Notes under the pieces: model-generated | Seen by the model: the letters and a program-made list of their open reading frames with translations, nothing else | Databases searched by the model: none | Told to the model about the DNA's origin: nothing | Shown: positions 24,011 through 35,223 of the stretch, in pieces | How the letters are laid out: the number at the start of each line of letters is the position of its first letter | Position numbering within the stretch: position 1 is the stretch's first letter | NCBI RefSeq assembly: GCF_001194135.2 | Contig: NC_068995.1 | Span: forward strand, 7,351,677-7,386,899 | Source of the DNA: Octopus bimaculoides | Taxonomy: Eukaryota | Direction: 5' to 3' | DNA: 35,223 bases | Made by a program: the position numbers and the translations under genes

Positions 24011-25024
24011 NNNNNNNNNNNNNNNNNNNNNNNNNNNNNNNNNNNNNNNNNNNNNNNNNNNNNNNNNNNNNNNNNNNNNNNNNNNNNNNNNNNNNNNNNN
24101 NNNNNNNNNNNNNNNNNNNNNNNNNNNNNNNNNNNNNNNNNNNNNNNNNNNNNNNNNNNNNNNNNNNNNNNNNNNNNNNNNNNNNNNNNNNNNNNNNNNN
24201 NNNNNNNNNNNNNNNNNNNNNNNNNNNNNNNNNNNNNNNNNNNNNNNNNNNNNNNNNNNNNNNNNNNNNNNNNNNNNNNNNNNNNNNNNNNNNNNNNNNN
24301 NNNNNNNNNNNNNNNNNNNNNNNNNNNNNNNNNNNNNNNNNNNNNNNNNNNNNNNNNNNNNNNNNNNNNNNNNNNNNNNNNNNNNNNNNNNNNNNNNNNN
24401 NNNNNNNNNNNNNNNNNNNNNNNNNNNNNNNNNNNNNNNNNNNNNNNNNNNNNNNNNNNNNNNNNNNNNNNNNNNNNNNNNNNNNNNNNNNNNNNNNNNN
24501 NNNNNNNNNNNNNNNNNNNNNNNNNNNNNNNNNNNNNNNNNNNNNNNNNNNNNNNNNNNNNNNNNNNNNNNNNNNNNNNNNNNNNNNNNNNNNNNNNNNN
24601 NNNNNNNNNNNGTATGTATGTATGTATGTATGTATGTATGTATGCATGTATATCCTTATGGACAAACGCATTCGCTCGCTCAAGCACATGCACGTTCATA
24701 GATACATATATTCACATGAACACATACACGCACATAAATATTGTAAGGAACGTAATGATATGATGTTACACTGTCTGCCCGCCAACCCTCCCCCTCCACC
24801 TAATATTCTATTTACCGTGACAGCATTTTATTGTATGTGACATTTATTGGAGTGACTTCACTGTGGGATATCTGTAGATATTGGATGTCGACTCCTTCTA
24901 TGTGGATATTGGATATCTAACATGGTCTGTAAGGGTGGAGGTAGTGGTGCTGGTGTTGTGTTGGTATTGGCCGTGGTGGTTGGTGGACGGCGTGGAACTG
25001 TGGGAAATGTGGGAAATGTGTCTA

Positions 25025-25619
25025 GTATTTAGCGTTTATTGAGGGAAAGAGAGAGAAAGAGAGAGGGAGGGAGTGGAGGCAGAGATAGAGACAGACAGAT
25101 GTGAGTAATAAATAGAGAATGATGGGGTGAGAGAGAGAGAGAAGAGAGAAACGAGGGAGTCAGAAGACTTAATTAAACAGAGCCATCGAGAGGCAGAGAC
25201 GGGGAAGTAGAATCACTTTACTAGAAAGAGAGAGGGAGGTGAAGGAAGAGATGTAGGAAGAGGGGTGAGAAAGACAGAAATAGAGGGATAGAGAGAGAGA
25301 GGGAGGGAAGGAGAGGGGAAAGGGAGAGTGAGAAGATTGAGGGACAGCGAAGGAAAATTAAAAAAATCAAATATAGATTGATAGGCAGACAGATGGATAG
25401 ATAGAAAGAAAGAAGGAAAGAAAGAAAGAAAGAAAGAAAGAAGGAAGGACGGAAAGAGGAGGGCGGAAAGAAAGCAGGAAAGAAAGATAGAAAGAAAGAG
25501 AATCTGAGAGAAACGGAGTAAGAGGGTGAGAAAGGTAGAAGAACAGAAAACTTGGAATTGATCAGTTGACAATGATAGACGCAGATAGATGTATCTACAT
25601 GAGAGAGAGAGAGAGAGAA

Positions 25620-25666
<47 letters not shown>

Positions 25667-26091
25667 NNNNNNNNNNNNNNNNNNNNNNNNNNNNNNNNNN
25701 NNNNNNNNNNNNNNNNNNNNNNNNNNNNNNNNNNNNNNNNNNNNNNNNNNNNNNNNNNNNNNNNNNNNNNNNNNNNNNNNNNNNNNNNNNNNNNNNNNNN
25801 NNNNNNNNNNNNNNNNNNNNNNNNNNNNNNNNNNNNNNNNNNNNNNNNNNNNNNNNNNNNNNNNNNNNNNNNNNNNNNNNNNNNNNNNNNNNNNNNNNNN
25901 NNNNNNNNNNNNNNNNNNNNNNNNNNNNNNNNNNNNNNNNNNNNNNNNNNNNNNNNNNNNNNNNNNNNNNNNNNNNNNNNNNNNNNNNNNNNNNNNNNNN
26001 NNNNNNNNNNNNNNNNNNNNNNNNNNNNNNNNNNNNNNNNNNNNNNNNNNNNNNNNNNNNNNNNNNNNNNNNNNNNNNNNNNNNNNNNNNN

Positions 26092-26155
<64 letters not shown>

Positions 26156-26210
26156 TAGAAGGGGAGAGTGAGAGAGTGAAAGAGGAAAAGAAGGAAAGAG
26201 AGAGAGCCAA
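25025..26210. repeat. Polypurine (GA)n/(GAAA)n/(GGA)n tract with (TA)n, spanning a gap
   Basis: Visible strong purine strand bias. Confidence 0.88.
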
Positions 26211-26319
26211 GAGTGGACGTGGGACGCATTTCGTGAATAAAATGTCCAGACAGAAACGGAATGTCAGAGAGAAGCAGAAATAGAAGCTCACACACGCAGA
26301 AACACACATACATACACGT

Positions 26320-26320
26320 G

Positions 26321-26374
<54 letters not shown>

Positions 26375-26392
26375 CGTCTGCCTGTCTGTCTG
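26320..26392. repeat. (TATC)n/(TGTC)n microsatellite
   Basis: Visible, directly upstream of a SINE. Confidence 0.93.
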
Positions 26393-26404
26393 TTGTGGGG
26401 AAAG

Positions 26405-26705
26405 CCTCGTGGCTTAGTGGTTCGGGTATTCGGCACACGATCGTGAGGTCGTGAGTTCGGTACGTGGCGGGGCGTTCAGTCATTGGGCAAGGCACTTCAT
26501 TTCTCGTTGCTCCACTCCACTTAGATGGCAAAAATGAGTAGTACCTGTAATTCAAAGGAGGGTGCCTTGTCATATCCTGTGTCACGCTGAATCTCCCTGA
26601 GAACTACGTGTTTGTGGAGTGCTCAGCCACACGCACATACTTTAATTACACAAGCTGTTCCGTTGATCAGATCTTCTGAAACACACGTTGTCGTAACCAA
26701 CGGAG
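26405..26705 (+). mobile_element. tRNA-derived SINE family C
   Basis: A-box GTGGCTTAGTGG (26408-19) and B-box-like GAGTTCG (26453-59). GGCAAGGCACTTCATTTC...GGCAAAAATGAGTA matches the reverse complement of 30533-30670. Confidence 0.75.
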
Positions 26706-26790
26706 ATCCAGTTTTATTGCTGTTGTTAGTGTTGCGCTTTACGTTTTATCTTCTTCCCTTTTTTCAGTCATTAAATGGCGACCATACTGG

Positions 26791-27007
26791 GATGGGCCTA
26801 AAATTGTGAATTAAGTCCCTCTTGTTTGAGTCCTTTCTTAGCAGCGTCACCCCGCCCCCGGTTCACAGACTTTGGAATGCTCCCGTTCTGCTGCCTGTTG
26901 GTATAGACACATGCAAGGAGGTGTCCAAACAAGTCTGGCATGATATAATACAGTTCGTTTGGAAGACCATCTTGTCCCGGCAACTTGTCCCCGCCGCAGT
27001 CCGACAA
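26791..27007 (-). pseudogene. LINE reverse-transcriptase N-terminal fragment, L1/Tx1-like, with one frameshift
   Basis: Hand translation: LSDCGGDKLPGQDGLPNELYYIMPDLFGHLLACVYTNRQQNGSIPKSVNRG/(fs)GVTLLRKDSNKRDLIHNFRPI. This contains the K.PG.DG.P.E.Y, G.IP.S, TLL.K and N(F/Y)RPI motifs of non-LTR RT domains 0-1. Confidence 0.85.
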
Positions 27008-27379
27008 TGGTCGATAATATAATACCGGTTGAGAGCTGGGGTAAGCTTAACAACTACTGGGTATGAGTATAAAAGAACTGCACCCCGCTCTCAAGCCATG
27101 TCAAGCCTCATCAGACTAGTATGATTTCAAGTTCAAATTTGCAATCCTCTCACCCAACATCGGACATGGTTGATGGAGAAAACATCCTGAGGCCTTAGAC
27201 CTGCTGTGGACTGAACATAGACATTTTAATCCCCAAAATGTTATTAATGTTTCTCATTTCTTGTTTATGTCATTATTGCTGTTTATATTGTTGTTGATGT
27301 GATTATTGTTATTGTTGCTTACATCGGTTACATTGACATTGTTATTCTTTTTTTATGTTGTTATTACTGCTGTTTCCAA

Positions 27380-27605
27380 GGCGACGAGCTGGCCGAATCG
27401 TTAGCACGCCGGGCAAAATGCTTTCCAGCATTTCGTCCGTCTTCATGCTCTGAGTTCAAATTCCACCAACGTCGATTTTTTTTACCTTTTATCCTTTCGG
27501 AGTCGATAACCTTAAGAACCAATGAAACACTGGGGTCAATGTAATCGTCCAGCCCTACTCCCCACAAGATATTAGGCCTTGTGCCTTTAGTTGAAAGGAT
27601 TATTA
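27380..27605 (+). mobile_element. tRNA-derived SINE family B, near full length
   Basis: Head GGCGACGAGCTGGCCGAATCGTTAGC, B-box GAGTTCAAATTCC, body ATCCTTTCGG.GTCGATAA, and end GGCCTTGTGCC...ATTATT, all shared with the 31940 and 34030 copies. Confidence 0.85.
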
Positions 27606-27876
27606 CTGTTGTTGTGTATTTTATTGTTGCCATTTTTGTTATTACTGTACATGTTGTGGTTATCATTGCTGTTCATGTTGTTGCTGATGCTGATGATGAT
27701 GTTGATGTTGTCATTATTGTTTATGTTGCTGTTAATTAATGTTTTTACTGCAGTTTACGACGTTGTTTTTTTCTTTTTATACCGTTTTCTTTTTTTGTTA
27801 TTCAATTCGTTAACTGAAGATATTTGTCTTCGTTGTTGTTCTCACATTTTCTTGCAGTAGCAACAACAAAACCTGC

Positions 27877-27938
<62 letters not shown>

Positions 27939-27999
27939 CAGCAGCAGCAGCAGCAACAGTAGCAATTATTCGCTGTTGGCAGCGGCGGCGGCGGCGGGG
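27606..27999. repeat. Degenerate (TGT/TGA)n followed by (GTA)n-(GCA)n-(GCG)n
   Basis: Visible tandem units. Confidence 0.88.
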
Positions 28000-28214
28000 T
28001 TGTAGATATAGAATTATCCATGTCTGTGTTCTAAAGATAACACCCTAGACTCTTATAGGTTAAGGTGTGTCACTTTATCTAAATTGACATTATTGAAATA
28101 TTTATCAGTGATGCTCTTCTCATCAACTGGAAACGGTAAATGTCAATGGTATACACACAACTAACCGGTAGATCTTCATTGGGTTTGAACTTTCGGATCT
28201 TCTGCTTACTGTCT

Positions 28215-28705
28215 CCCATACATCATGTTCATACGTTCGTTCATTCGGTCATTCAACGGTTACTTCATTCACTTATTAATTTATCAATTAATTCATTCAT
28301 AATTATATTCACACATTTTGCTAGTCATATAATTGTCCGTTCGGTCGTTAGGTATTTTATTAATTTACTTAAGTATTTTCTCATTTACCCACTTATTCAT
28401 TAATTCCATCATTCATCTATTACATCATTCGCATTTTCATAAATTTTCTATTATTTATTCATTCATTCATTCACTTACAAAAATCATTCGCTGTTAAGTT
28501 TTCCAATTTTCATTCATTCAGGCATTCGGTCATTTACTTATTCACTCGTTATATTCACATATGCATATTTACAGGTTTTCTAATTTATAATTCGCTTATT
28601 TCAATGATTCACTCATTCACCGATTATCTCATTTATCCATTCACTCGTTCGTATTCTTACAAATTTTCATTCATTCAGTCATTTCATTTTCTCATTTGTT
28701 CACTA
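28215..28705. repeat. Long degenerate (CATT)n tract
   Basis: Recurring ATTCATTC/TTCACT units. Confidence 0.7.
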
Positions 28706-28949
28706 ATGAGAAGGGGAGATAATTGCATAAATGAAGACTAGCTCTAACAATTGCACTACGTGAAGGAAAAGGCATTCTGTCCGTCTGGAGACAGGGGACC
28801 GCTGTGGCCAGGCGTGTCAGACTCAATAGAGAATGAAAAAAATAAGCGAATGAGTTAATTGATACCTGAGGTGGAATCGATGAGTGTCAGAAGAAGTTAA
28901 CGGTTAACTGTAGAAATGAACGTGTGTGTTTAGGAATGGATAGACACAA

Positions 28950-29404
28950 ACGTTCATCTTTGAAATAATTTATCCATTCGGTTTATTCGTTCATTCAATG
29001 ATATATATTCAGTTATTCAATAATTCATTCGCACTTCATAACCTGGTGGCTGAATGTAGTCAAGTGTTTGACCCGCACATCTATTATGTCATCAACACAC
29101 GCACACACATACGTACCAGCCCCACATATATGTGAATATATACATACACACATTCATATATATATATATATATATATATATANNNNNNNNNNNNNNNNNN
29201 NNNNNACGTTCATCTTTGAAATAATTTATCCATTCGGTTTATTCGTTCATTCAATGATATATATTCAGTTATTCAATAATTCATTCGCACTTCATAACCT
29301 GGTGGCTGAATGTAGTCAAGTGTTTGACCCGCACATCTATTATGTCATCAACACACGCACACACATACGTACCAGCCCCACATATATGTGAATATATACA
29401 TACA
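28950..29404. other. Identical 199-bp direct repeat (28950-29148 = 29206-29404) on either side of a 23-N gap; probable assembly overlap artefact
   Basis: No differences seen by eye, and the second copy starts exactly at the contig edge. Confidence 0.85.
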
Positions 29405-29576
29405 TGTTTGTATATATATATATATCAAACTGTCGATTAATATTAACGAATGCTTTCTTGCTAAGTGGAGGGAGAAGTTAGCGATTATCAGACAACTCTC
29501 TCCCAATGAAACTAGATCTGTACGAAACTGTTCGGTAACATTAACTGCCCGTTGAGAGAGTATAATATTATATTGA

Positions 29577-29638
<62 letters not shown>

Positions 29639-29659
29639 GTAGTAGTAGTCGTAGTAGTA
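29577..29659. repeat. (TAC)20-TT-(GTA)~7 self-complementary microsatellite
   Basis: GTA is the reverse complement of TAC. Confidence 0.92.
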
Positions 29660-29848
29660 ATACAGCCACTGTATTACCTAATATGCAACAACCTGTGTTT
29701 TTTTTCTGACACGAAAAAATGTTATTGGAAAATTGCACATGTGTGAGTGCATGTGTTTTTATGCCTGTGTGTGCATCTGTACCTGCACACACACACACGC
29801 ACGCACACACATATATATATATATAACCACATATATATATATTATTCA

Positions 29849-29895
<47 letters not shown>

Positions 29896-30454
29896 TTATG
29901 TATATGCGTACATGTGTGCGTGTATTAGGGTGTGCTTGCCTCTTTTGAATGTTGCAGTATGAGGGCTGTTGTTGAGGTAACAAACCATGGCATTTCCATT
30001 GACGGGGTGCAAATCCTATCTCTATTACTTGATGACAAACCCAGTTGCCAACGATATCAAGTAACATGTCTCCTGATCCCTCGTACAAACCATTCTTAAA
30101 TTTATACTCCCAGCAAATTCGGCAGAAATGCTGCTTTTAACTGCAGAATATAATTTTGGCAAGTTACTTACCGCTAGAAGTAGAGACAATAGCTTCATAC
30201 ACATGTATTATTCGTGATGCAATAGGCTGTTATACAGTGATGCAGGAGCGGCAATGGGGAGTGTTAATATGACCCACAAAAAGGTAAAAAAGGTCAATCA
30301 AACAATTCTTATCAGGCTACAGTGACATTTGTAAAATATAGGAAGTAGTTCCCTATATACTGATCACGTGGTTTAGAAAAAACATTTGACGTTTATCTCT
30401 CTATCTCTATATATACTTATACACACATCCCCACGTACATTTACATACCAACAA

Positions 30455-30670
30455 GGCTTGTAAGACCAGTTTTCTAAATTCTGTGGCGTATATATATTCC
30501 CTTGCCGGACAGAACGACGATCCCTTGCAGAGTTACTCATTTTTGTCAGCTAAGCGGATTGGCGGAATGTGAAATGAAGTGTTTTGCTCAGAGCACAAAG
30601 CATTCTCCTGACCAGGAATCAAAACCACCATCCTACGTTTATGAGTGAAACACCCTGACCACAAAGCCAC
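30455..30670 (-). mobile_element. tRNA-derived SINE family C, diverged copy
   Basis: The reverse complement GTGGCTTTGTGGTCAGGGTG...TTGATTCC...GCAAAACACTTCATTTCAC...GACAAAAATGAGTAAC aligns to 26408-26540. Confidence 0.7.
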
Positions 30671-30772
30671 AGCTTAGCTGACGAAAATGAGTAACTCTGC
30701 AAGGGATCGTCGTTCTGTCCGGCAAGGGAATATATATACGCCACAGAATTTAGGAAACTGGCCTTACAAGCC
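30455..30772. repeat. 101-bp inverted repeat (30455-30555 / 30672-30772) with a 116-bp spacer
   Basis: 98/101 identical, ungapped; all three differences are transitions (hand alignment). Confidence 0.95.
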
Positions 30773-31171
30773 ACACACCTCTATTACGCATACATACATG
30801 TATATATATATATGTATATATATNNNNNNNNNNNNNNNNNNNNNNNNNNNNNNNNNNNNNNNNNNNNNNNNNNNNNNNNNNNNNNNNNNNNNNNNNNNNN
30901 NNNNNNNNNNNNNNNNNNATACGCTTATATATATCTACATGCATATATACAGATGTATATATATATATATATATACTCATACACACACACACACATAAAT
31001 ATATATATATACAGTATATTTATATATATGCATACATATATACATACATAGCAACGTACATGCACACACATACACTCACACACACAGACACACACATATA
31101 TATATATATATATACACGCTCACGCAAACAAACAAACACACGCATACACACGCACACACACACACACACAC

Positions 31172-31212
<41 letters not shown>

Positions 31213-31939
31213 TATATATATAGATAGATAGATAGATAGATAGATATGACAGTAATCAGTTATATCGGAGAGCTACGCGCGTGACTTTTTACAATGTCCT
31301 CTGGTGAAATTCTTGTGAGTCCACAGAGAATACGTATAGATAGTCATCACCAATGCAGACCTCACTAAATCGAAAAAATTAGTCAAGCTCAAACGCAGCG
31401 ACTACTGATAAAATTTCCTCAAACACACATAATATTCTATAATGCACATATCCATTATCCATGAACATGTTACTTCTAGTTTTAGAAACTAATTGATCAG
31501 CACAGGAGATAGAAAACTTATTATGCAAATCGGAGTTTACCATTTAGAGTGACTCTCAAATGCATGGACTCTACGTAAAATTTTATATGTTTACAAATTG
31601 GAAGTGGATACACAATTCCGGAAGTATGTTCCGAAAAAGGACCAAAGCTTATGATGCTGATCCCGTTTCTCTGCTAAAGCAAGACTAGAGATGTGATTGT
31701 TTGCATTTGTTCAGAGTAAATGATTGCATATTGCAACGACCTGTATTGCATTCTGACAATTTATAATATGGTATCTTTGCAAAATCATTCTGTCGAGTAT
31801 GCAGAAACACTATTTCCAATCTAGGTGGAAGACCATTGGTCTGTCACTCATCGATGTAGAGATAGCAACCTGGGTAATGAAAAAGCCGATATCTTGGCCT
31901 TGAGACTCGCATTTTTAATATTTTTGCATTCGTTAACGA

Positions 31940-32155
31940 GTTGAGCTGGAAGAATCCTTCGTACGCCGGTCAAAATGCTTGGCGACATTTCGTCCATTTT
32001 TACGTTCTTAGTTCAAATTCCACCAAAGTCGACTTCGCCTTTCATCCTTTTGGCGTCGATAAAATAAAGGCCTCAGCTGAGTTTTGGGTCGATGTAATCA
32101 ACTTACCTTCTGCTCCGAGATTATCGGCCTTGTGCCGAAATTTGAAACCATTATT
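31940..32155 (+). mobile_element. tRNA-derived SINE family B
   Basis: GAGCTGGAAGAATC, TAGTTCAAATTCCACC, GCCTTTCATCCTTT, GGGTCGATGTAATC, GGCCTTGTGCC...ATTATT. Confidence 0.85.
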
Positions 32156-33689
32156 TTGGTATTCATTCCTTACTCCCGTTGCTATGTTGCAGCGGCGTCG
32201 CTGGAATGCCGCTGCAAAAGCGGTGCAACGCTGCTGCAATGCCGCTACAACGCCACCGCTATCCCAGCACCACCTAGCGCTACTAACATCGCCGCAAAAT
32301 CACAAACGTATCACATTGTTTAGTATGAATAGGAACTAATTTTCCAAATCTAATTTTATATACATAAATACGTATGCGCATAAACTATATATATATATAT
32401 ATNNNNNNNNNNNNNNNNNNNNNNNNNNNNNNNNNNNNNNNNNNNNNNNNNNNNNNNNNNNNNNNNNNNNNNNNNNNNNNNNNNNNNNNNNNNNNNNNNN
32501 NNNNNNNNNNNNNNNNNNNNNNNNNNNNNNNNNNNNNNNNNNNNNNNNNNNNNNNNNNNNNNNNNNNNNNNNNNNNNNNNNNNNNNNNNNNNNNNNNNNN
32601 NNNNNNNNNNNNNNNNNNNNNNNNNNNNNNNNNNNNNNNNNNNNNNNNNNNNNNNNNNNNNNNNNNNNNNNNNNNNNNNNNNNNNNNNNNNNNNNNNNNN
32701 NNNNNNNNNNNNNNNNNNNNNNNNNNNNNNNNNNNNNNNNNNNNNNNNNNNNNNNNNNNNNNNNNNNNNNNNNNNNNNNNNNNNNNNNNNNNNNNNNNNN
32801 NNNNNNNNNNNNNNNNNNNNNNNNNNNNNNNNNNNNNNNNNNNNNNNNNNNNNNNNNNNNNNNNNNNNNNNNNNNNNNNNNNNNNNNNNNNNNNNNNNNN
32901 NNNNNNNNNNNNNNNNNNNNNNNNNNNNNNNNNNNNNNNNNNNNNNNNNNNNNNNNNNNNNNNNNNNNNNNNNNNNNNNNNNNNNNNNNNNNNNNNNNNN
33001 NNNNNNNNNNNNNNNNNNNNNNNNNNNNNNNNNNNNNNNNNNNNNNNNNNNNNNNNNNNNNNNNNNNNNNNNNNNNNNNNNNNNNNNNNNNNNNNNNNNN
33101 NNNNNNNNNNNNNNNNNNNNNNNNNNNNNNNNNNNNNNNNNNNNNNNNNNNTACATATATTTGTACACATACACACACACACATATACACACTTACGTCG
33201 GGTTATTTTATACGTAGAGAGATGGCGGAAAGAAGACTTAAATATGTAAAAAAAAAAATGCAGCACAGTTTGTTGGCTGGGAACGAGGCTGGAAGTGAAT
33301 TATTCTAACAGTGAATACAACAATGTAATATAATGAAGCAATAACAAGACCGTAACGCAAACAAACTGTAAATAAGTAACAATTAGCAACGACGGACGTT
33401 GAAGAAAAAATTATATACCAATAACAACAGCCGTAACAACATCAACAACAACAGCAGCGACAACAACTAGAACAACGAAGTGGTGTAACAAGCATTAAGA
33501 AATTTGTATATAAGAATTGTTTAATAATTGTAATGCATTTGTTTAATGGCTGATCGGGATAATAAGGAGTGAGGTAAACAGAGAGAGAGGAGGATATGAA
33601 AGGAGGCAAAAACTTTTCAGTTTTAGATTATCAACATATAGGTAGGTAGGGGCCTAGTCGGAAATGTATAGGTGGATATTTAAGGTGGG

Positions 33690-33793
33690 GACGACGGTGG
33701 TGTTGTTGGTAGGGGTAGTGACGGTGGTGAAGGTGGTAGGGATAGTGATGCTGGTGATGGTGGGGAAGTGATGGTGGTGATGTTGATTATAAA

Positions 33794-33833
<40 letters not shown>

Positions 33834-33992
33834 GTGATGGTGATGGTAGTGATGGTGGTGGTGATGATGATGTTTATGATGATGATGATGATAGTATTTG
33901 TGATAGTGGTGGTGATGATTGTGGGGATGATGATGATGATGTTGATGATGATGAAGGGAGAAGATGAATACATTTACGATGAAGATGATGTG
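33690..33992. repeat. (GAT)n/(GGT)n trinucleotide tract
   Basis: Visible. It explains the poly-H, poly-M and poly-I ORFs. Confidence 0.92.
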
Positions 33993-34029
33993 TAGGAGGA
34001 ATGCTAAGAAAATAGTTTTCATGGTGATG

Positions 34030-34188
34030 CCCGTCGGGCGAAATTCTTAGCGGTATTTCGTCTGTCTCTACGTTCTGAGTTCAAATTCCGACGAGGTCGA
34101 CTTTGCCTTTCATCCTTTCGGGGTCGATAAATTAAGCACCCTCCCCAAAAATTTCGGGCCTTGTGCCTACAACAGAAAAGAATATTTT
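34030..34188 (+). mobile_element. tRNA-derived SINE family B with a ~37-bp internal deletion
   Basis: GGGCGAAAT.CTTAGCGGTATTTCG...GAGTTCAAATTCCG...GCCTTTCATCCTTTCGGGGTCGATAAATTAAGCACC|CTCCCC...GGCCTTGTGCC. The segment present at 27521-27557 of the other copy is absent. Confidence 0.85.
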
Positions 34189-34274
34189 TCTACGTCAAAC
34201 AATCATTGCATCAGACCAAATATCTGCAGGAATCAATCATCTGACATTCCTGATTTTTCTTGATTCTTCTATAA

Positions 34275-34345
34275 TAATAACGACGACCATGACGATGATG
34301 ATGACGACGGTGATGATGATGATGACGATGATGACTATGACGGTG
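34275..34345. repeat. (GAT)n/(GAC)n
   Basis: Visible tandem units. Confidence 0.88.
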
Positions 34346-35175
34346 TTTCGAATTTACCACAAGGCAACGAATCAACAAGGGTTTATTACAGGATATGTTT
34401 CTCAATATCTGCGTAGGTTTATCTAAAAACAAAACATGCCACAGGGTGACGGAAAAGCGTATATGTATATTCTCTTAAGTTTATGACTGAGTTATTTATA
34501 ATATATATCTAAAAATATATGGATTTGTTGCTTTGCATTCTATTACAAGTATACACAAACATAAATACATACATGCGTACATATATGCATAAATAGATAC
34601 ACCCACGCATAGAAATACACATATATATATAATATATATACACATGTGCATCTGTAGGTATTACATATACATGTATACGCACGCATACATGTAAATATTT
34701 ACAAATAAATATATATTCATATAGATTTAGACATATAAATATGTATGCGTGAACACTTGGGTGTACACATTTAAATTATGTATTTGTTTGCATTACATTA
34801 TATCCAGCGGATTCTTAATTTAGTTAACTTTAAAGTATCATTCATGAAAACGCTGTCGATTTTAATACGCTATTCAACAAAGACATTAAATGGCCGCTTT
34901 CAGTTTACACAAGTCACGAACGTCATAAAAACCACATCGCTGCAAATGATATTTTCGTTGAAGAGGCACCGAGACCATTAAGGAGACTTTTCATCATTCT
35001 TCTAATCAATATAATCTATTCTTTTATTCTTTCATTCTTTTACTCGCCGGTATATTTTATCAATTATTTATCAATCCATCCGTCCGTTCTGTTTGTCAAC
35101 CTGCCTAAGTACTTGTATATGTACATGCTTACATAGCTGTAGGGACACATGCATATATAAATATATACATGCACG

Positions 35176-35223
<48 letters not shown>

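Noticed and set aside
27361-27613. Possible 14-bp TSD TTATTACTG(C/T)TGTT around the SINE at 27380
   Set aside because: It lies in a degenerate (TAT/TGT)n tract where such matches arise by chance, and it is offset 5 bp from the head.
28740-28850. GC-richer island with short open frames (e.g. minus-strand SDTPGHSGPLSPDGQNAFSFT*)
   Set aside because: Under 35 codons in every frame, with a non-consensus GAG acceptor and no recognisable motif.
32186-32280. Helitron 3' end (hairpin + CTAG)
   Set aside because: The CTAG at ~32274 is far from the hairpin and is followed by C rather than T, and no 5' TC terminus was found.
33654-34432. Poly-His / poly-Met ORFs
   Set aside because: Translations of (GAT)n/(GGT)n microsatellites.

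Overview
This is AT-rich, repeat-saturated animal genomic DNA from a gapped draft assembly: 16 N-gaps totalling about 8.5 kb (~24%), almost all bordered by microsatellites. The SINE families and the very high microsatellite density resemble Octopus (coleoid cephalopod) DNA. That assignment is from memory and was not checked. No host protein-coding gene can be identified with confidence, and nearly all ORFs in the supplied track are artefacts of N-runs or simple repeats. Supported content: (i) a mariner-derived MITE built from two inverted copies of the transposase 3' end (1559-2100); (ii) the 3' end of an R4/Dong-type RLE LINE abutting a (TAA)n tract (5594-5860); (iii) an L1/Tx1-like RT fragment (26791-27007); (iv) about ten tRNA-derived SINE copies in three families; (v) a small TA-flanked MITE (16051-16269); (vi) a near-perfect 101-bp local inverted duplication of a SINE body (30455-30772); (vii) many simple and compound microsatellites, two of them self-complementary; (viii) a few weak exon-like segments. 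I found no convincing novel biological system. The interesting signals concern transposon architecture and fold-back DNA.
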